From: a virus
IMG/VR virus record: IMGVR_UViG_3300022719_000028
Coordinates: 1 to 59,321 of that record
Reading direction: 5' to 3' (one strand)
Length of the DNA: 59,321 nucleotides
Shown here: positions 14,049 to 22,908 of the stretch, in pieces
How positions within the stretch are numbered: position 1 is the stretch's first letter
Layout of the letters: every line of letters starts with the position of its first letter
Translations under genes and position numbers: made by a program
Notes under the pieces: model-generated
Told to the model about the DNA's origin: nothing
Database searches by the model: none
What the model saw: the letters and a program-made list of their open reading frames with translations, nothing else

Positions 14049-14330
14049 ATGTTAGTTTTATCTCGAAAAGCGAATGAACGAATTTTGATCGGCGATGATG
14101 TTGAAATTGTTGTTGTTGAAGTTCGCGGCAAGCGGGTTCGGCTTGGCATCAAAGCGCCGGGCGAAACTCGGATCATTCGCGCAGAATTAAAGGCGGCTGA
14201 CAATGATGGAAACAATGACGAACTCGGAATTCAACCATTTGAAAAAGACGTTGAAGAAAACCGACAACGCGACAAAAACGATCTTCAACATGCGGAAGAT
14301 GATCGAACAGGCGTTGCCGGAAGATCTTGA
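14049..14330 (+). CDS. csrA: CsrA/RsmA-family RNA-binding translational regulator with acidic C-terminal extension
   Basis: MLVLSRKANERILIGDDVEIVVVEVRGKRVRLGIKAPGETRIIRAEL aligns residue by residue with canonical CsrA (E. coli MLILTRRVGETLMIGDEV..VRIGVNAPKEV.VHREEI). Confidence 0.85.
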   Translation: MLVLSRKANERILIGDDVEIVVVEVRGKRVRLGIKAPGETRIIRAELKAADNDGNNDELGIQPFEKDVEENRQRDKNDLQHAEDDRTGVAGRS

Positions 14331-14535
14331 CGAACTACGCGAAGCGGTCAAACATCATCGGATCCCGGTTGAAATCAAAACGGTTTCGCCGGGGCCGTTG
14401 AATCTTCCGTTCTATTACGAAGATCCGGTTTCGCGGGAATGCTTTCGCTTCCGGACGATCAAAGCGGCGGCGATTCATTGCAATCGTTTTTATGATGCCG
14501 TTAATCCGGAAGGGCAAAAGATAGTTGAAATCTGA
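14203..14535 (+). CDS. hypothetical protein (110 aa)
   Basis: AAAGGCGGCTGACA-ATG RBS of the common family. Overlaps the csrA tail by 128 nt in another frame. Confidence 0.5.
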   Translation: MMETMTNSEFNHLKKTLKKTDNATKTIFNMRKMIEQALPEDLDELREAVKHHRIPVEIKTVSPGPLNLPFYYEDPVSRECFRFRTIKAAAIHCNRFYDAVNPEGQKIVEI

Positions 14536-14578
14536 AAACGCAAAAACTTGAAACAAAACTTTTTGAAAGGCTGACACA

Positions 14579-16114
14579 ATGGCGAAGAAAAAGACGGCGC
14601 GGGCAAAAAACAAAAAGCCGGCTGACGGAATCGATGTAGAATCAATCGGCCCGGTTGATCAAATTCATATTCCTATTCCGGAAGGCGGCGGCGTTGTCGC
14701 ATTGAAGGGGCCGAACGGGGCCGGGAAAACGAAAACGCTGGAAGCGGCGGAAGCTTTGGTTTCTGGCAACGCTCGCATTCTCTCGGCTTCTGACGGGGCC
14801 GATGCGGGGCTTGTGGATGGATTCGGCGCTTTGATCCGGGTTGGACGAACAAGCCGGAAGGCGGGCGAACTGGAAGCCGTATCGATCATCGGGAAGTTCT
14901 CAGTTGCCGATTTAGTGGATCCGGGCTTCAAAGATGAAAACGCATGCGATGCGGCGCGGGTGAAAGCATTGATTCAACTTGCCGGGAAAACGGCGGAAGA
15001 ATCCGATTTCAAAGGTTTGTTCAATTCCGATGAACAGTTCAAAGAAATCGTTGGCGATGAACTCAAAGATCTTTCGTCGATGGTCGATATGGCCGGCAAA
15101 GTCAAACGGCAATGCGAAAGCGCGGCCCGGAAGCTTGAAAGCCAAGCCGACAAAAAAGAAACGGAAGGGCAAGGCATCATTGACGCGGCCGAACCGGAAC
15201 TTGAAAACTTGCCGGAAGGATCGCTTGAAGATTCGCAAGCCGAGTTGAACCGGGCGATTCGCGAACAATCGCGGCTTGAAGGCGTTCTTGAATCGCTGGA
15301 ATCCGGAAGGCAACAACGCGAAAGCGCGGCAAAGCAAATTGAAGAATTGCGAAAGAATGCCGGCGATGTTGAAAAGCTTGAAACGCTGGCAGACGCGAAA
15401 GCCGATATCGTTGCCGAAGCGAACGATAAAGTTGAACGGTTGAAAAAAGAGTTGGCCGAAGCCGAAACCGAAGCGAAAGATGCACAACGCGATTATCGGC
15501 AAGCTTGCGAAGCGAAAGATAACGCGATTTCGGCGAATGAAGAAATCGAAAAGCTTGAAAAGATTCTTTCAACTCAAAGAGAGGGTTCGGAAGATGATGT
15601 TCGCGAACAACTGGAAACCGCGAAACAAACGGCCGATGAATTGACCGATAAGGTTTCATCACTCAAAGGCGCGGAACGCATTCGCGAACGTTACGAAAAA
15701 GGGAAGGCGTTGAAAATCGAAGCCGACGATTTGAACGCCGAAGCGGAAGCGCTTCGCGATATCGGGTATTCAACCGATGATGTTCTTTCGGAAGCCGTAA
15801 GCGGCATCACAACGGCCGATCTGAAAATTGAAGGCGGCCGGCTGGTAACGGAAACGAAACGCGGAACAACGCTATTTCATGAACTCTCGCACGGCGAACG
15901 CTGGAAGATCGCGATTCAAGTTGCAATCGATATCGTCAAACAGGCGGCCGAAGAATCCGGAAAACCACCGTTGTTGATTTGCCCGCAAGAGGCATGGGAA
16001 GCTTTGGATCCGATCAACCGGGGCGAAGTCAACGAAGCTTTGAAGGGAACCGGAATCGTTATGCTGACGGCGCTTGCCGATGTTGGCGAACTCCGGGCGG
16101 AAAGCTTAGAATAA
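14579..16114 (+). CDS. SMC/RecN/Rad50-like ABC ATPase with central coiled coil
   Basis: Walker A GPNGAGKT. Long E/K/A-rich coiled coil. LSHGERWK signature-like motif. LLICPQEAWEALD Walker B-like. Confidence 0.7.
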   Translation: MAKKKTARAKNKKPADGIDVESIGPVDQIHIPIPEGGGVVALKGPNGAGKTKTLEAAEALVSGNARILSASDGADAGLVDGFGALIRVGRTSRKAGELEAVSIIGKFSVADLVDPGFKDENACDAARVKALIQLAGKTAEESDFKGLFNSDEQFKEIVGDELKDLSSMVDMAGKVKRQCESAARKLESQADKKETEGQGIIDAAEPELENLPEGSLEDSQAELNRAIREQSRLEGVLESLESGRQQRESAAKQIEELRKNAGDVEKLETLADAKADIVAEANDKVERLKKELAEAETEAKDAQRDYRQACEAKDNAISANEEIEKLEKILSTQREGSEDDVREQLETAKQTADELTDKVSSLKGAERIRERYEKGKALKIEADDLNAEAEALRDIGYSTDDVLSEAVSGITTADLKIEGGRLVTETKRGTTLFHELSHGERWKIAIQVAIDIVKQAAEESGKPPLLICPQEAWEALDPINRGEVNEALKGTGIVMLTALADVGELRAESLE

Positions 16115-16124
16115 ATCTCTCGCG

Positions 16125-16179
16125 CTCGGCATCGGCAAAAATGGATTGAACGGGCGCACGATGCCGGGCGTTTTATTTT
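16125..16179 (+). terminator. probable intrinsic terminator
   Basis: CGGCATCG 16127-16134 / CGATGCCG 16159-16166, then GGCGTTTTATTTT. The loop is long. Confidence 0.45.
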
Positions 16180-16203
16180 CTCGAAACTTTGAAAGGCTGA
16201 CAA

Positions 16204-17211
16204 ATGATTGATTCAAAGATTGCAGTTGAAGGGCCGAAGGCGCATTCTCCCGAATGGTACGATATCCGGTTTTTCGATCCGGATCGGGAAAGGCCGGTTG
16301 TGATAACGGCAAGCGAATCGGCGGCGGCTTGCGGCGCTTCGCCGTATCAAACCGCGCTTGAACTCTACATGACGAAGCGGCGCGAAATGGAAGCTTGGGA
16401 ACCGGACGACGAACAAAAAGAGCGCATGCGATTCGGTCAACGGATGGAATCGGTTGTTATCGACGAATACAAAAATCAAAACGATTGCGAAGTTGAAACC
16501 GATTTGCCGTTGTATCTTTCAAATCGATTTGAATTCTTGGGCGCAACTCCGGATGCGTTCGCGCGGAAAGATGAAGACGTTTGGGAACTGGAAGCCAAAA
16601 ACTCGAATTGGCGAATGTTCGATCAAAGCGGCGAAGATGAAAACAAATACGGCGAAGCCGGAACGGATCAAGTTCCCGCGTATATGATGTTTCAAGCGCA
16701 ACAACAAATGATCGTTCTTGGTTTGAACCGGGTTGATTTTCCCGTTCTGCAAAACGGGAATCGAATGTTGATTTACCGGGTTGAAGCTTATGAAGCTTTG
16801 CAAAATAAAATCATTGAATGCGGGAAAGAACTTGCCGAACGCATCATCAACGGCGAACCGCCGGATCCGGATTACACGCATGACGGAACCGCGAAATTGC
16901 TTCAAGAAATGTACGGCGTTTCGGTCGGAACCGTTATTGAACTCGATGTTGATGCCGAAGAACTTTGGTTTCGTCAAATTGAGATTGCCGAGAAGATCAA
17001 AGAACTTGAAGCGGAAAAAAAGGCAATCAAAAACAAGATGTTGGATATGATGGGCGATGCTGAGATTGCCCGTTTTCCGGGGCGAAATTTCAAATTGAAG
17101 CGAACCGCTATTGATGATTCGTATTGGACGGAACAAGATGTTCAAAAGATTGTGATCGGAGATATAAAGCGGCGCGGACATATCCGCATCACAAAATCAA
17201 AAGACAAATAA
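16204..17211 (+). CDS. YqaJ / lambda-Exo-type recombination exonuclease
   Basis: ITASESAAACGASPYQTALELYMTKR (YqaJ N-terminal signature). GATPDAF ... WELEAKNS (PD-ExK). Confidence 0.8.
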   Translation: MIDSKIAVEGPKAHSPEWYDIRFFDPDRERPVVITASESAAACGASPYQTALELYMTKRREMEAWEPDDEQKERMRFGQRMESVVIDEYKNQNDCEVETDLPLYLSNRFEFLGATPDAFARKDEDVWELEAKNSNWRMFDQSGEDENKYGEAGTDQVPAYMMFQAQQQMIVLGLNRVDFPVLQNGNRMLIYRVEAYEALQNKIIECGKELAERIINGEPPDPDYTHDGTAKLLQEMYGVSVGTVIELDVDAEELWFRQIEIAEKIKELEAEKKAIKNKMLDMMGDAEIARFPGRNFKLKRTAIDDSYWTEQDVQKIVIGDIKRRGHIRITKSKDK

Positions 17212-17220
17212 ACATTTCTT

Positions 17221-17280
17221 CGCGTTGCCCGGTTCGGATTATCGTTTTCCGTCATTGAAGCCGGGCGGCGCGTTTCTTTA
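17221..17280 (+). terminator. probable intrinsic terminator
   Basis: CGCGTTGCCCGG 17221-17232 / CCGGGCGGCGCG 17261-17272 (two G-U pairs), then TTTCTTT. Confidence 0.45.
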
Positions 17281-17302
17281 CTCGAAAGCGAAAGGCTGAC
17301 AA

Positions 17303-18454
17303 ATGGCAAGCGGAAATCAAATGCTGACACAAGATCAAATCGACGCGCAACGCGGAATGAGTTTGCGCAAATGGTTGAACAAGCCGGAAGTTCTTGAAGA
17401 TCTCGAATCTTCATTGACGGGTTGGATTTCAGCCGAACAATTCAAATCGCAAATTTTAGTTGATATCAATTCGGAAACTCTCGCGCGTTGTTCTCCCGAA
17501 TCAAAGTTTGCGGCGGTTCTCAAATGCGCAACGCTTCAACTGTTACCGTCATTGAATCACGTTGCGTTGATTCCTTCCAAAGTTCGCGAAGACGGCGTTG
17601 TTGTCAAAACCGAAGTTCGCGTTACGGTTCAATGGCAAGGCTATCAAGCTTTGATGCTTCGGCATCCGGACGTTAAAGATGTGAACGCTTACTTGGTTCA
17701 CGAATCGGATTCGTACAAATACGATCAATTAAATAAACGAATCGTTGAACATTCTTTTGATCCGTTGGATCCGCAACGAACTTTCAACAACTTCAATGAC
17801 GTTCGCGGCGGGTATGTAGTTGTTGAGTACAAAGATCCGAACCGGGCTGATAAACATCATTTCGTTACATGCGAAACAATCCGCAAGGCGCGGGGATGCG
17901 CAGAAACCGGCACGATTTGGGAAGCATGGTTTTTCGAAATGTGTATGAAAACTCTCTATCGCAACGCATACGCGCGGCGGGTTGTTCCGATGGATCCAAT
18001 GCTTGCGCGACGAATGGAAGAATTGAACCGGCATGAAGACGAACAACTCGGCAACGATCCGAAGCGAATCATTGATTCAACCGCAACCGCGATTGATCGA
18101 AAGCCGGAAAAACAGAAACCGCAAAGCCGGGCCGCGCAATTGGCTTCGGACGATTCGCCGGAATCTTCGCCGGTGGAACCGGAACCGAAAGCAACGGAAC
18201 CGGAACCGATGAACGAACCGGAACCGGAACCGGAACTTCCAGAAACGCCAACGGATGAACCAAGGCGCGAAACATCGGACGAACGCGGGCATTTCCAACG
18301 GCTGAAAGAAAAGGCCGAATGCGCAACAACCGTGAAAGAAATCGATTCGCTGAATGATGAAGCCGGCGAATTGGTTTCAAGCGGGGAACTGACGAACGGC
18401 GAATTCGGAATTCTGGTACAGTTGTTTTCGGAACTTGCAATGAAACTCGATTGA
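17303..18454 (+). CDS. recT: RecT-family single-strand annealing protein with Pro/Glu-rich C-terminal region
   Basis: SPESKFAAVLKCATLQLLPSLNHVALIP ... VQWQGYQALMLRH ... TLYRNAYARR. Adjacent to the YqaJ exonuclease. Confidence 0.8.
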   Translation: MASGNQMLTQDQIDAQRGMSLRKWLNKPEVLEDLESSLTGWISAEQFKSQILVDINSETLARCSPESKFAAVLKCATLQLLPSLNHVALIPSKVREDGVVVKTEVRVTVQWQGYQALMLRHPDVKDVNAYLVHESDSYKYDQLNKRIVEHSFDPLDPQRTFNNFNDVRGGYVVVEYKDPNRADKHHFVTCETIRKARGCAETGTIWEAWFFEMCMKTLYRNAYARRVVPMDPMLARRMEELNRHEDEQLGNDPKRIIDSTATAIDRKPEKQKPQSRAAQLASDDSPESSPVEPEPKATEPEPMNEPEPEPELPETPTDEPRRETSDERGHFQRLKEKAECATTVKEIDSLNDEAGELVSSGELTNGEFGILVQLFSELAMKLD

Positions 18455-18467
18455 AGGGATTCATCAA

Positions 18468-19079
18468 ATGGCGTTAATGATTGACGCGAAGATCTGGTTT
18501 GATATCACAAGCAACGAACCGGCCGGCGTTCGGGGATTGATGATTGATATTTTGGCGGCCGGCGATTTGTTGAACGGTTCGGATATTATTACCGAAGCGA
18601 TGATTCAACAAAAAGTTTCCGATCAACGTTCGGTTGAACTGTATTGGGAACGTGCGATTGAAGCTTTGGAAACGAACGGATTGATCAAAATCGAACGCGG
18701 TTTGATTGATTCGGAAATTGTATTTCCCGATTCGCCGGTTGGCGAACTTCGCGAATGGCTGGAATGGTGGAACCGGTTGCATGATGAAGGCATTGTTCCG
18801 GCATCCTATCGAACGAACAAAGTTTCAACCGGGATTCGCAACGCATGGCGGCGGGTTCAACGTTCATCGGAATTGATGGAACTATTGGCAAGGCGCGATG
18901 AAATAGAAACGCAAATTCGCAATTCGGAATTTTGTCGCGAACGCTGGTTTTGTCTCGAAAAGCTTTTTGGCGGAAAGAACAAAACCGGTTGTTTTATTTT
19001 GGCTGAACTTCTCAGGGGCGCATATGACACAACAAAGGCAAACGGCAAACGAATCGCTTCCGAAAAAGTTTTCGGTTGA
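18468..19079 (+). CDS. hypothetical protein (203 aa), possibly winged-helix
   Basis: ORF with GAAGGGA RBS. No motif recognised with confidence. Confidence 0.5.
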   Translation: MALMIDAKIWFDITSNEPAGVRGLMIDILAAGDLLNGSDIITEAMIQQKVSDQRSVELYWERAIEALETNGLIKIERGLIDSEIVFPDSPVGELREWLEWWNRLHDEGIVPASYRTNKVSTGIRNAWRRVQRSSELMELLARRDEIETQIRNSEFCRERWFCLEKLFGGKNKTGCFILAELLRGAYDTTKANGKRIASEKVFG

Positions 19080-19674
19080 TGATGAACATCGGAAACTTTC
19101 GCATGATGCGTTCAAGGCTGGCATGAAGTTCTTGGCGGAATCGTTGGGGTTGATTGATTCAAACGGCGAAACGGAAATTCCACCGAATCAAATTGCGGCG
19201 TATGAAATCATTCTTCGCGACATTCCGAACGATGCGTTTCGTTGGGCCGTTTACGAACTCGCAAGTTCGCATCGTTATCCGAAGCTTCCAACGGCGGGCG
19301 AAATTCGGGCAAGGGCCGTTGAATACATTATCGGCTTTGAACCGCCGGCTTTGGTTGTCTGGAATGAGGCGTTGCATTATCTGAAAGAACGCCGGAAATT
19401 CTGGAATGAATTCGACGGTTGGAAATCGAAAGAACTTCAACATAAGTTTGAAACGTTTATTTCGGAACAAATGGATCCGGACGTTCGGCGAATTATTGAA
19501 TTGATCGGCTGGAAAGATTTGAAGAAATCCGAAAAACAATTTGTTACTCTATTAGAAGAATCGCGAGAATTGAAACGCGAACGGTTGATGAAGCCGGCCG
19601 GATATTCTCAGGCGCAACAAAAACGTATTTCAAAAAAAGGGAAGGAATTAAGCGATGAATCAAAAGCAACTTGA
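19024..19674 (+). CDS. hypothetical protein, possible replication-organiser/helicase-loader-like
   Basis: The segment PPNQIAAYEIILRDIPNDAFRWAV ... YPKLPTAGEIRARA is reminiscent of phage loader/replisome-organiser N-domains. Start ambiguous (19024 or 19123). Confidence 0.35.
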   Translation: MTQQRQTANESLPKKFSVDDEHRKLSHDAFKAGMKFLAESLGLIDSNGETEIPPNQIAAYEIILRDIPNDAFRWAVYELASSHRYPKLPTAGEIRARAVEYIIGFEPPALVVWNEALHYLKERRKFWNEFDGWKSKELQHKFETFISEQMDPDVRRIIELIGWKDLKKSEKQFVTLLEESRELKRERLMKPAGYSQAQQKRISKKGKELSDESKAT

Positions 19675-20173
19675 AGGGATGGAAGATCCGCCAGTTCCCG
19701 ACGAAGTGAAGCAAGCGGCGGAAGAATATGATGCGGCGCACAAAGCGAAGGGCAAAGCGGCGAAGCGATTCAACAACGCAAAAACGAAGTTGTTGGAAGC
19801 GATGGAAGAACACGGCGTTGAACGGGTCAAGATTCGCAACGGCGAAAAGTTTCTTGAACATGAAGTTACCGACAAGATCAATTACAAGAAACCGGAAGAT
19901 CTGAAACCGAAACTTCGCCGAAGCAACGGCAACAAAGAGGGTTTCACCGATGCCGAAATTGCATCAATCCCGGATGTTGAAATCAAAGAAATCGGTTTGA
20001 CCGATTCGCAAATGAAACCGTTGACCGAAGCCGGAATCAAAACGACTTCCGAACTCGGCGAAAAGATCGATTCCAACAAAACGAATTGGCATGAAGAAAT
20101 TACCGGGTTGAACAAACAACAGGCAACGCGGATTGCGCGCAAGCTTGACTTGTGGCGCGAAGATCAACTTTGA
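19655..20173 (+). CDS. hypothetical protein (172 aa) with helix-hairpin-helix-like C-terminus
   Basis: GLTDSQMKPLTEAGIKTTSELGE and GLNKQQATRIARKL motifs. Confidence 0.45.
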   Translation: MNQKQLEGMEDPPVPDEVKQAAEEYDAAHKAKGKAAKRFNNAKTKLLEAMEEHGVERVKIRNGEKFLEHEVTDKINYKKPEDLKPKLRRSNGNKEGFTDAEIASIPDVEIKEIGLTDSQMKPLTEAGIKTTSELGEKIDSNKTNWHEEITGLNKQQATRIARKLDLWREDQL

Positions 20174-20269
20174 GATTTCGCACGGAAGCGAATTAGGTTG
20201 TTTGCGATAGGCAACCGGGCCGACATGATGCCGGCTTTTTATTTTAGGCTGACAACGAAAGGCGCGGAA

Positions 20270-20806
20270 ATGTTCTTTGGCATCGATCCTTCATTGACTG
20301 GAACGGCAATTTGTTTCGGCAACGATCCGGAACCGGAAAAACATGAAATGAAAGTTTTCGGCAATGAATCACGCGGAAAGTTATTGCCGGGGCGAATTGA
20401 ACGGGTTGTTGATCTGGCGTTGATGGTTCAATCTGAAATCGCGAGAAACGCGGAAGGCGACGATTCGATTTTTATTGAAGCGTATTCCTACGGATCGAAA
20501 AACAACAGTGAGAAGCTTGCCGAGTACGGCGGAATTCTCCGGATGTTGTTGTTGGAAATGACACCGAAAATTTACGAAGTAGCGCCAACAACTCTAAAGA
20601 AATTCGCAACGGGCAAGGGCAAGGGCAAAAAACATTTGGTTGCGGGTTCGGTCGGCAAGCGGTTCGGGCTGGCGTTTGAAACGGACGATGAAACCGATGC
20701 CTTTTGCCTTTGGCGGTTCGGCATGGTTTTCGGCGAAGCCGTTCCGGATGCGCGGGCATACGAAAAAGAAACTGTTGAATCATTCAAGAAAAGGTTGAAT
20801 TCGTGA
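20270..20806 (+). CDS. RuvC-like Holliday-junction resolvase
   Basis: MFFGIDPSLTGTAI (first catalytic Asp), IFIEAYS (Glu), ETDDETDAFCL (C-terminal Asp pair). GAAAGGCGCGGAA-ATG RBS. Confidence 0.75.
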   Translation: MFFGIDPSLTGTAICFGNDPEPEKHEMKVFGNESRGKLLPGRIERVVDLALMVQSEIARNAEGDDSIFIEAYSYGSKNNSEKLAEYGGILRMLLLEMTPKIYEVAPTTLKKFATGKGKGKKHLVAGSVGKRFGLAFETDDETDAFCLWRFGMVFGEAVPDARAYEKETVESFKKRLNS

Positions 20807-21093
20807 TTGGATATGATATTGACGGCGTTTTGACAAAACAAAAACTTCCGGATGATTGCGATGTTGTTATTTCCGGGCGAACGCTTGCCGAATATGATCA
20901 AACATGCCGGAACCTCGCATGCCGCGTTCCGGTTTACATTCGCGGTTCTGGAAATTACGGAAACAGGGAAGCCGCCGGGCGGTTCAAATCAATGATGATC
21001 AATCATTTGGGCGTGAAAGTTTTCTATGAAGATGATCCGGTTCAAATAAAAATCATCCAAGAAAAAACAAATTGCGAAGTAAGGAAAGTTTAG
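20803..21093 (+). CDS. small HAD-like protein (96 aa)
   Basis: N-terminal GYDIDGVLT resembles HAD motif I. GTGA start/stop overlap. Confidence 0.35.
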   Translation: MIGYDIDGVLTKQKLPDDCDVVISGRTLAEYDQTCRNLACRVPVYIRGSGNYGNREAAGRFKSMMINHLGVKVFYEDDPVQIKIIQEKTNCEVRKV

Positions 21094-21737
21094 TGACGGG
21101 TACAATCGATCAAATCATTTTGGGCCGATACTTTCGCGGGTTGGCAGAATCGGAAGCAATGCGGGCAATCGTTCAAGAGGGGTTGAAACCAAGCCGGTTG
21201 CGGGTTGAAGGCGATAGGGTCTTTTATGTTATGCCGGATCAACTCGAAGAAATCGAACTTTGCCGTTGCCGTTCGGCTTATGAAGCGGCAACCGTTGCGA
21301 ACGAAATCAACGATAAGCTTGAACTTCAACAGGCGCTTCAAACGTTGACGGCCGAACTTGCCGGTTTGCTTCGGGCGTATTCGGCGGCCGTTTATTACTT
21401 CGCGCATCACGAAACCGATTTGAGCATTGACGAACAACAACAGTTGAACGCGGTTGCGGATCGCATGGAACTTTGTTGCGAATACGGCGATGATCTTTTC
21501 AACGAAATCGTTTTGCCGTTCTTGCATCAAAACAAATTTTCGGTTGCGAACATCACATTGAACCGCGAAAAGACGCGAACGGTCAAAATGTTGAACGCGG
21601 CCGAAAAACTTTTATACGAATTAAATCTTTCCGTTGCGGCCGGGCAAGAGTTCTCGGAAGGAATCGTTGACGCGGCGGCCGAACTTGAACAATCAATGAA
21701 TCTTTCGGACGAAGGGCAAGCCGATGAAAATGAATGA
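21093..21737 (+). CDS. hypothetical protein (214 aa)
   Basis: GTG 21093 preceded by AAGGAAAG. An alternative ATG at 21072 would overlap the previous gene. Confidence 0.45.
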   Translation: MTGTIDQIILGRYFRGLAESEAMRAIVQEGLKPSRLRVEGDRVFYVMPDQLEEIELCRCRSAYEAATVANEINDKLELQQALQTLTAELAGLLRAYSAAVYYFAHHETDLSIDEQQQLNAVADRMELCCEYGDDLFNEIVLPFLHQNKFSVANITLNREKTRTVKMLNAAEKLLYELNLSVAAGQEFSEGIVDAAAELEQSMNLSDEGQADENE

Positions 21738-21894
21738 ATTCGTTACTATGGTTGCGGATATGTTGGAAACGCAACAACGATATTTCAAAACGCGAAGCCG
21801 GGAAGTTCTGCAAGAGTCGAAGCGAAAAGAAGCCGAAGTTCGCAAGGCAATCAAAGAATATAACGGCGGGCAACAATCGCTTTTTGATGACTGA
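21730..21894 (+). CDS. small hypothetical protein (54 aa), not in the supplied ORF track
   Basis: MNEFVTMVADMLETQQRYFKTRSREVLQESKRKEAEVRKAIKEYNGGQQSLFDD. More protein-like than the overlapping 21734-21949 frame. Start overlaps the upstream stop. Confidence 0.45.
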   Translation: MNEFVTMVADMLETQQRYFKTRSREVLQESKRKEAEVRKAIKEYNGGQQSLFDD

Positions 21895-21993
21895 CGGGAG
21901 AAATCCCCTTTCGCGAAACATTCGAAAAGATTACCTTTCGGAACTATGATTTCGGTAACGGAACCGAAACGTTTTTCCCGAAAGGTTTTTTTC

Positions 21994-22290
21994 ATGGATG
22001 GAATACTTGCACAAGCGGCACAAGCGGCGGAACCGGAAGGCTTCGGATTCGCCGAAATCTCTATGATCATCGGCGCGTTCGCCGGCTTGGTTTCGATTCT
22101 TGGCGTTGGATTGGCTGGCGTTTGGCGGCTGGCAACGATCAACACAAAAATTGAAACGCTCAAATCCGAAGATATACCGTTCATCAAAAGCGAACTTTCA
22201 ACGCTTCGGACGGATCATAAAACGCAAACGAATTTGCTTCACGAAAAGATCAACGAAAACTCGGAACGCATTACGCGGCTTGAAAAATGA
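21994..22290 (+). CDS. membrane protein with coiled-coil tail (holin/spanin-like candidate)
   Basis: One TM segment ISMIIGAFAGLVSILGVGLAGVW. GAAAGG RBS 8 nt before ATG 21994. Confidence 0.5.
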   Translation: MDGILAQAAQAAEPEGFGFAEISMIIGAFAGLVSILGVGLAGVWRLATINTKIETLKSEDIPFIKSELSTLRTDHKTQTNLLHEKINENSERITRLEK

Positions 22291-22904
22291 ACGGCTTGAA
22301 TAATTACATTACGCCGGAAGCGGCGGCCGAAAGAATTCAAAACGGTTGGTTGATTCAATACCGGGGCGCGGCGGGTATCTTTTCAAATGCGATTCGATGG
22401 GCGGCAAGCGGGCAACCGCATACGCATTCCGCAATGGCGCATGTTTTCGAGAACGGTCAAAAGAATATCAACGTTTTGGAAATGCGAGAATTCCGGGGCG
22501 GGCGTTCGCTTCCGTTTGAATATCACGTTGAAAAATACGCCGGGCGAATGGATGTTTTTTCGATCAACGTTGAACGCTTTCCGGAATACAATGCCGAACA
22601 AGCCGTTGCCGAAATGCGGCATCTTGTGACAAAAGAATACGGATATGCGGGCGCGTTCGGTTTGGGGCTTCGGCATTTGCCGTTCATATGGCGATTGTTT
22701 CCGGTCGATGTTACGGACGTTCTAGATCCGGATGAAGCAACAAACGTTCGGCCGTTTTGTTCGCATGCGATAGCGCTGGCGCTTCAACTTGGCGGCATGG
22801 TGGATCCGGTTTTGAGGCTTCCGGCATACTTGGTTGAACCGGCGCATTTGACGAACTCGCATCTTTTTAATTACGAATTCTCAATTCAAAAAAAGAGGAA
22901 ATGA
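22287..22904 (+). CDS. permuted papain-fold (YiiX/C92, NlpC/P60-related) peptidase; endolysin candidate
   Basis: The order His (HTHSAMAH) before Cys (RPFCSHAIALAL) is typical of the permuted family. Lies in the lysis-like neighbourhood. Confidence 0.45.
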   Translation: MNGLNNYITPEAAAERIQNGWLIQYRGAAGIFSNAIRWAASGQPHTHSAMAHVFENGQKNINVLEMREFRGGRSLPFEYHVEKYAGRMDVFSINVERFPEYNAEQAVAEMRHLVTKEYGYAGAFGLGLRHLPFIWRLFPVDVTDVLDPDEATNVRPFCSHAIALALQLGGMVDPVLRLPAYLVEPAHLTNSHLFNYEFSIQKKRK

Positions 22905-22908
22905 AGAA

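Noticed and set aside
20209-20245. Terminator after the 19655-20173 gene (..AACCGGGCCGACATGATGCCGGCTTTTTATTTT)
   Set aside because: A T-run is present, but I could draw only a 4-6-bp imperfect stem. It was left unannotated.
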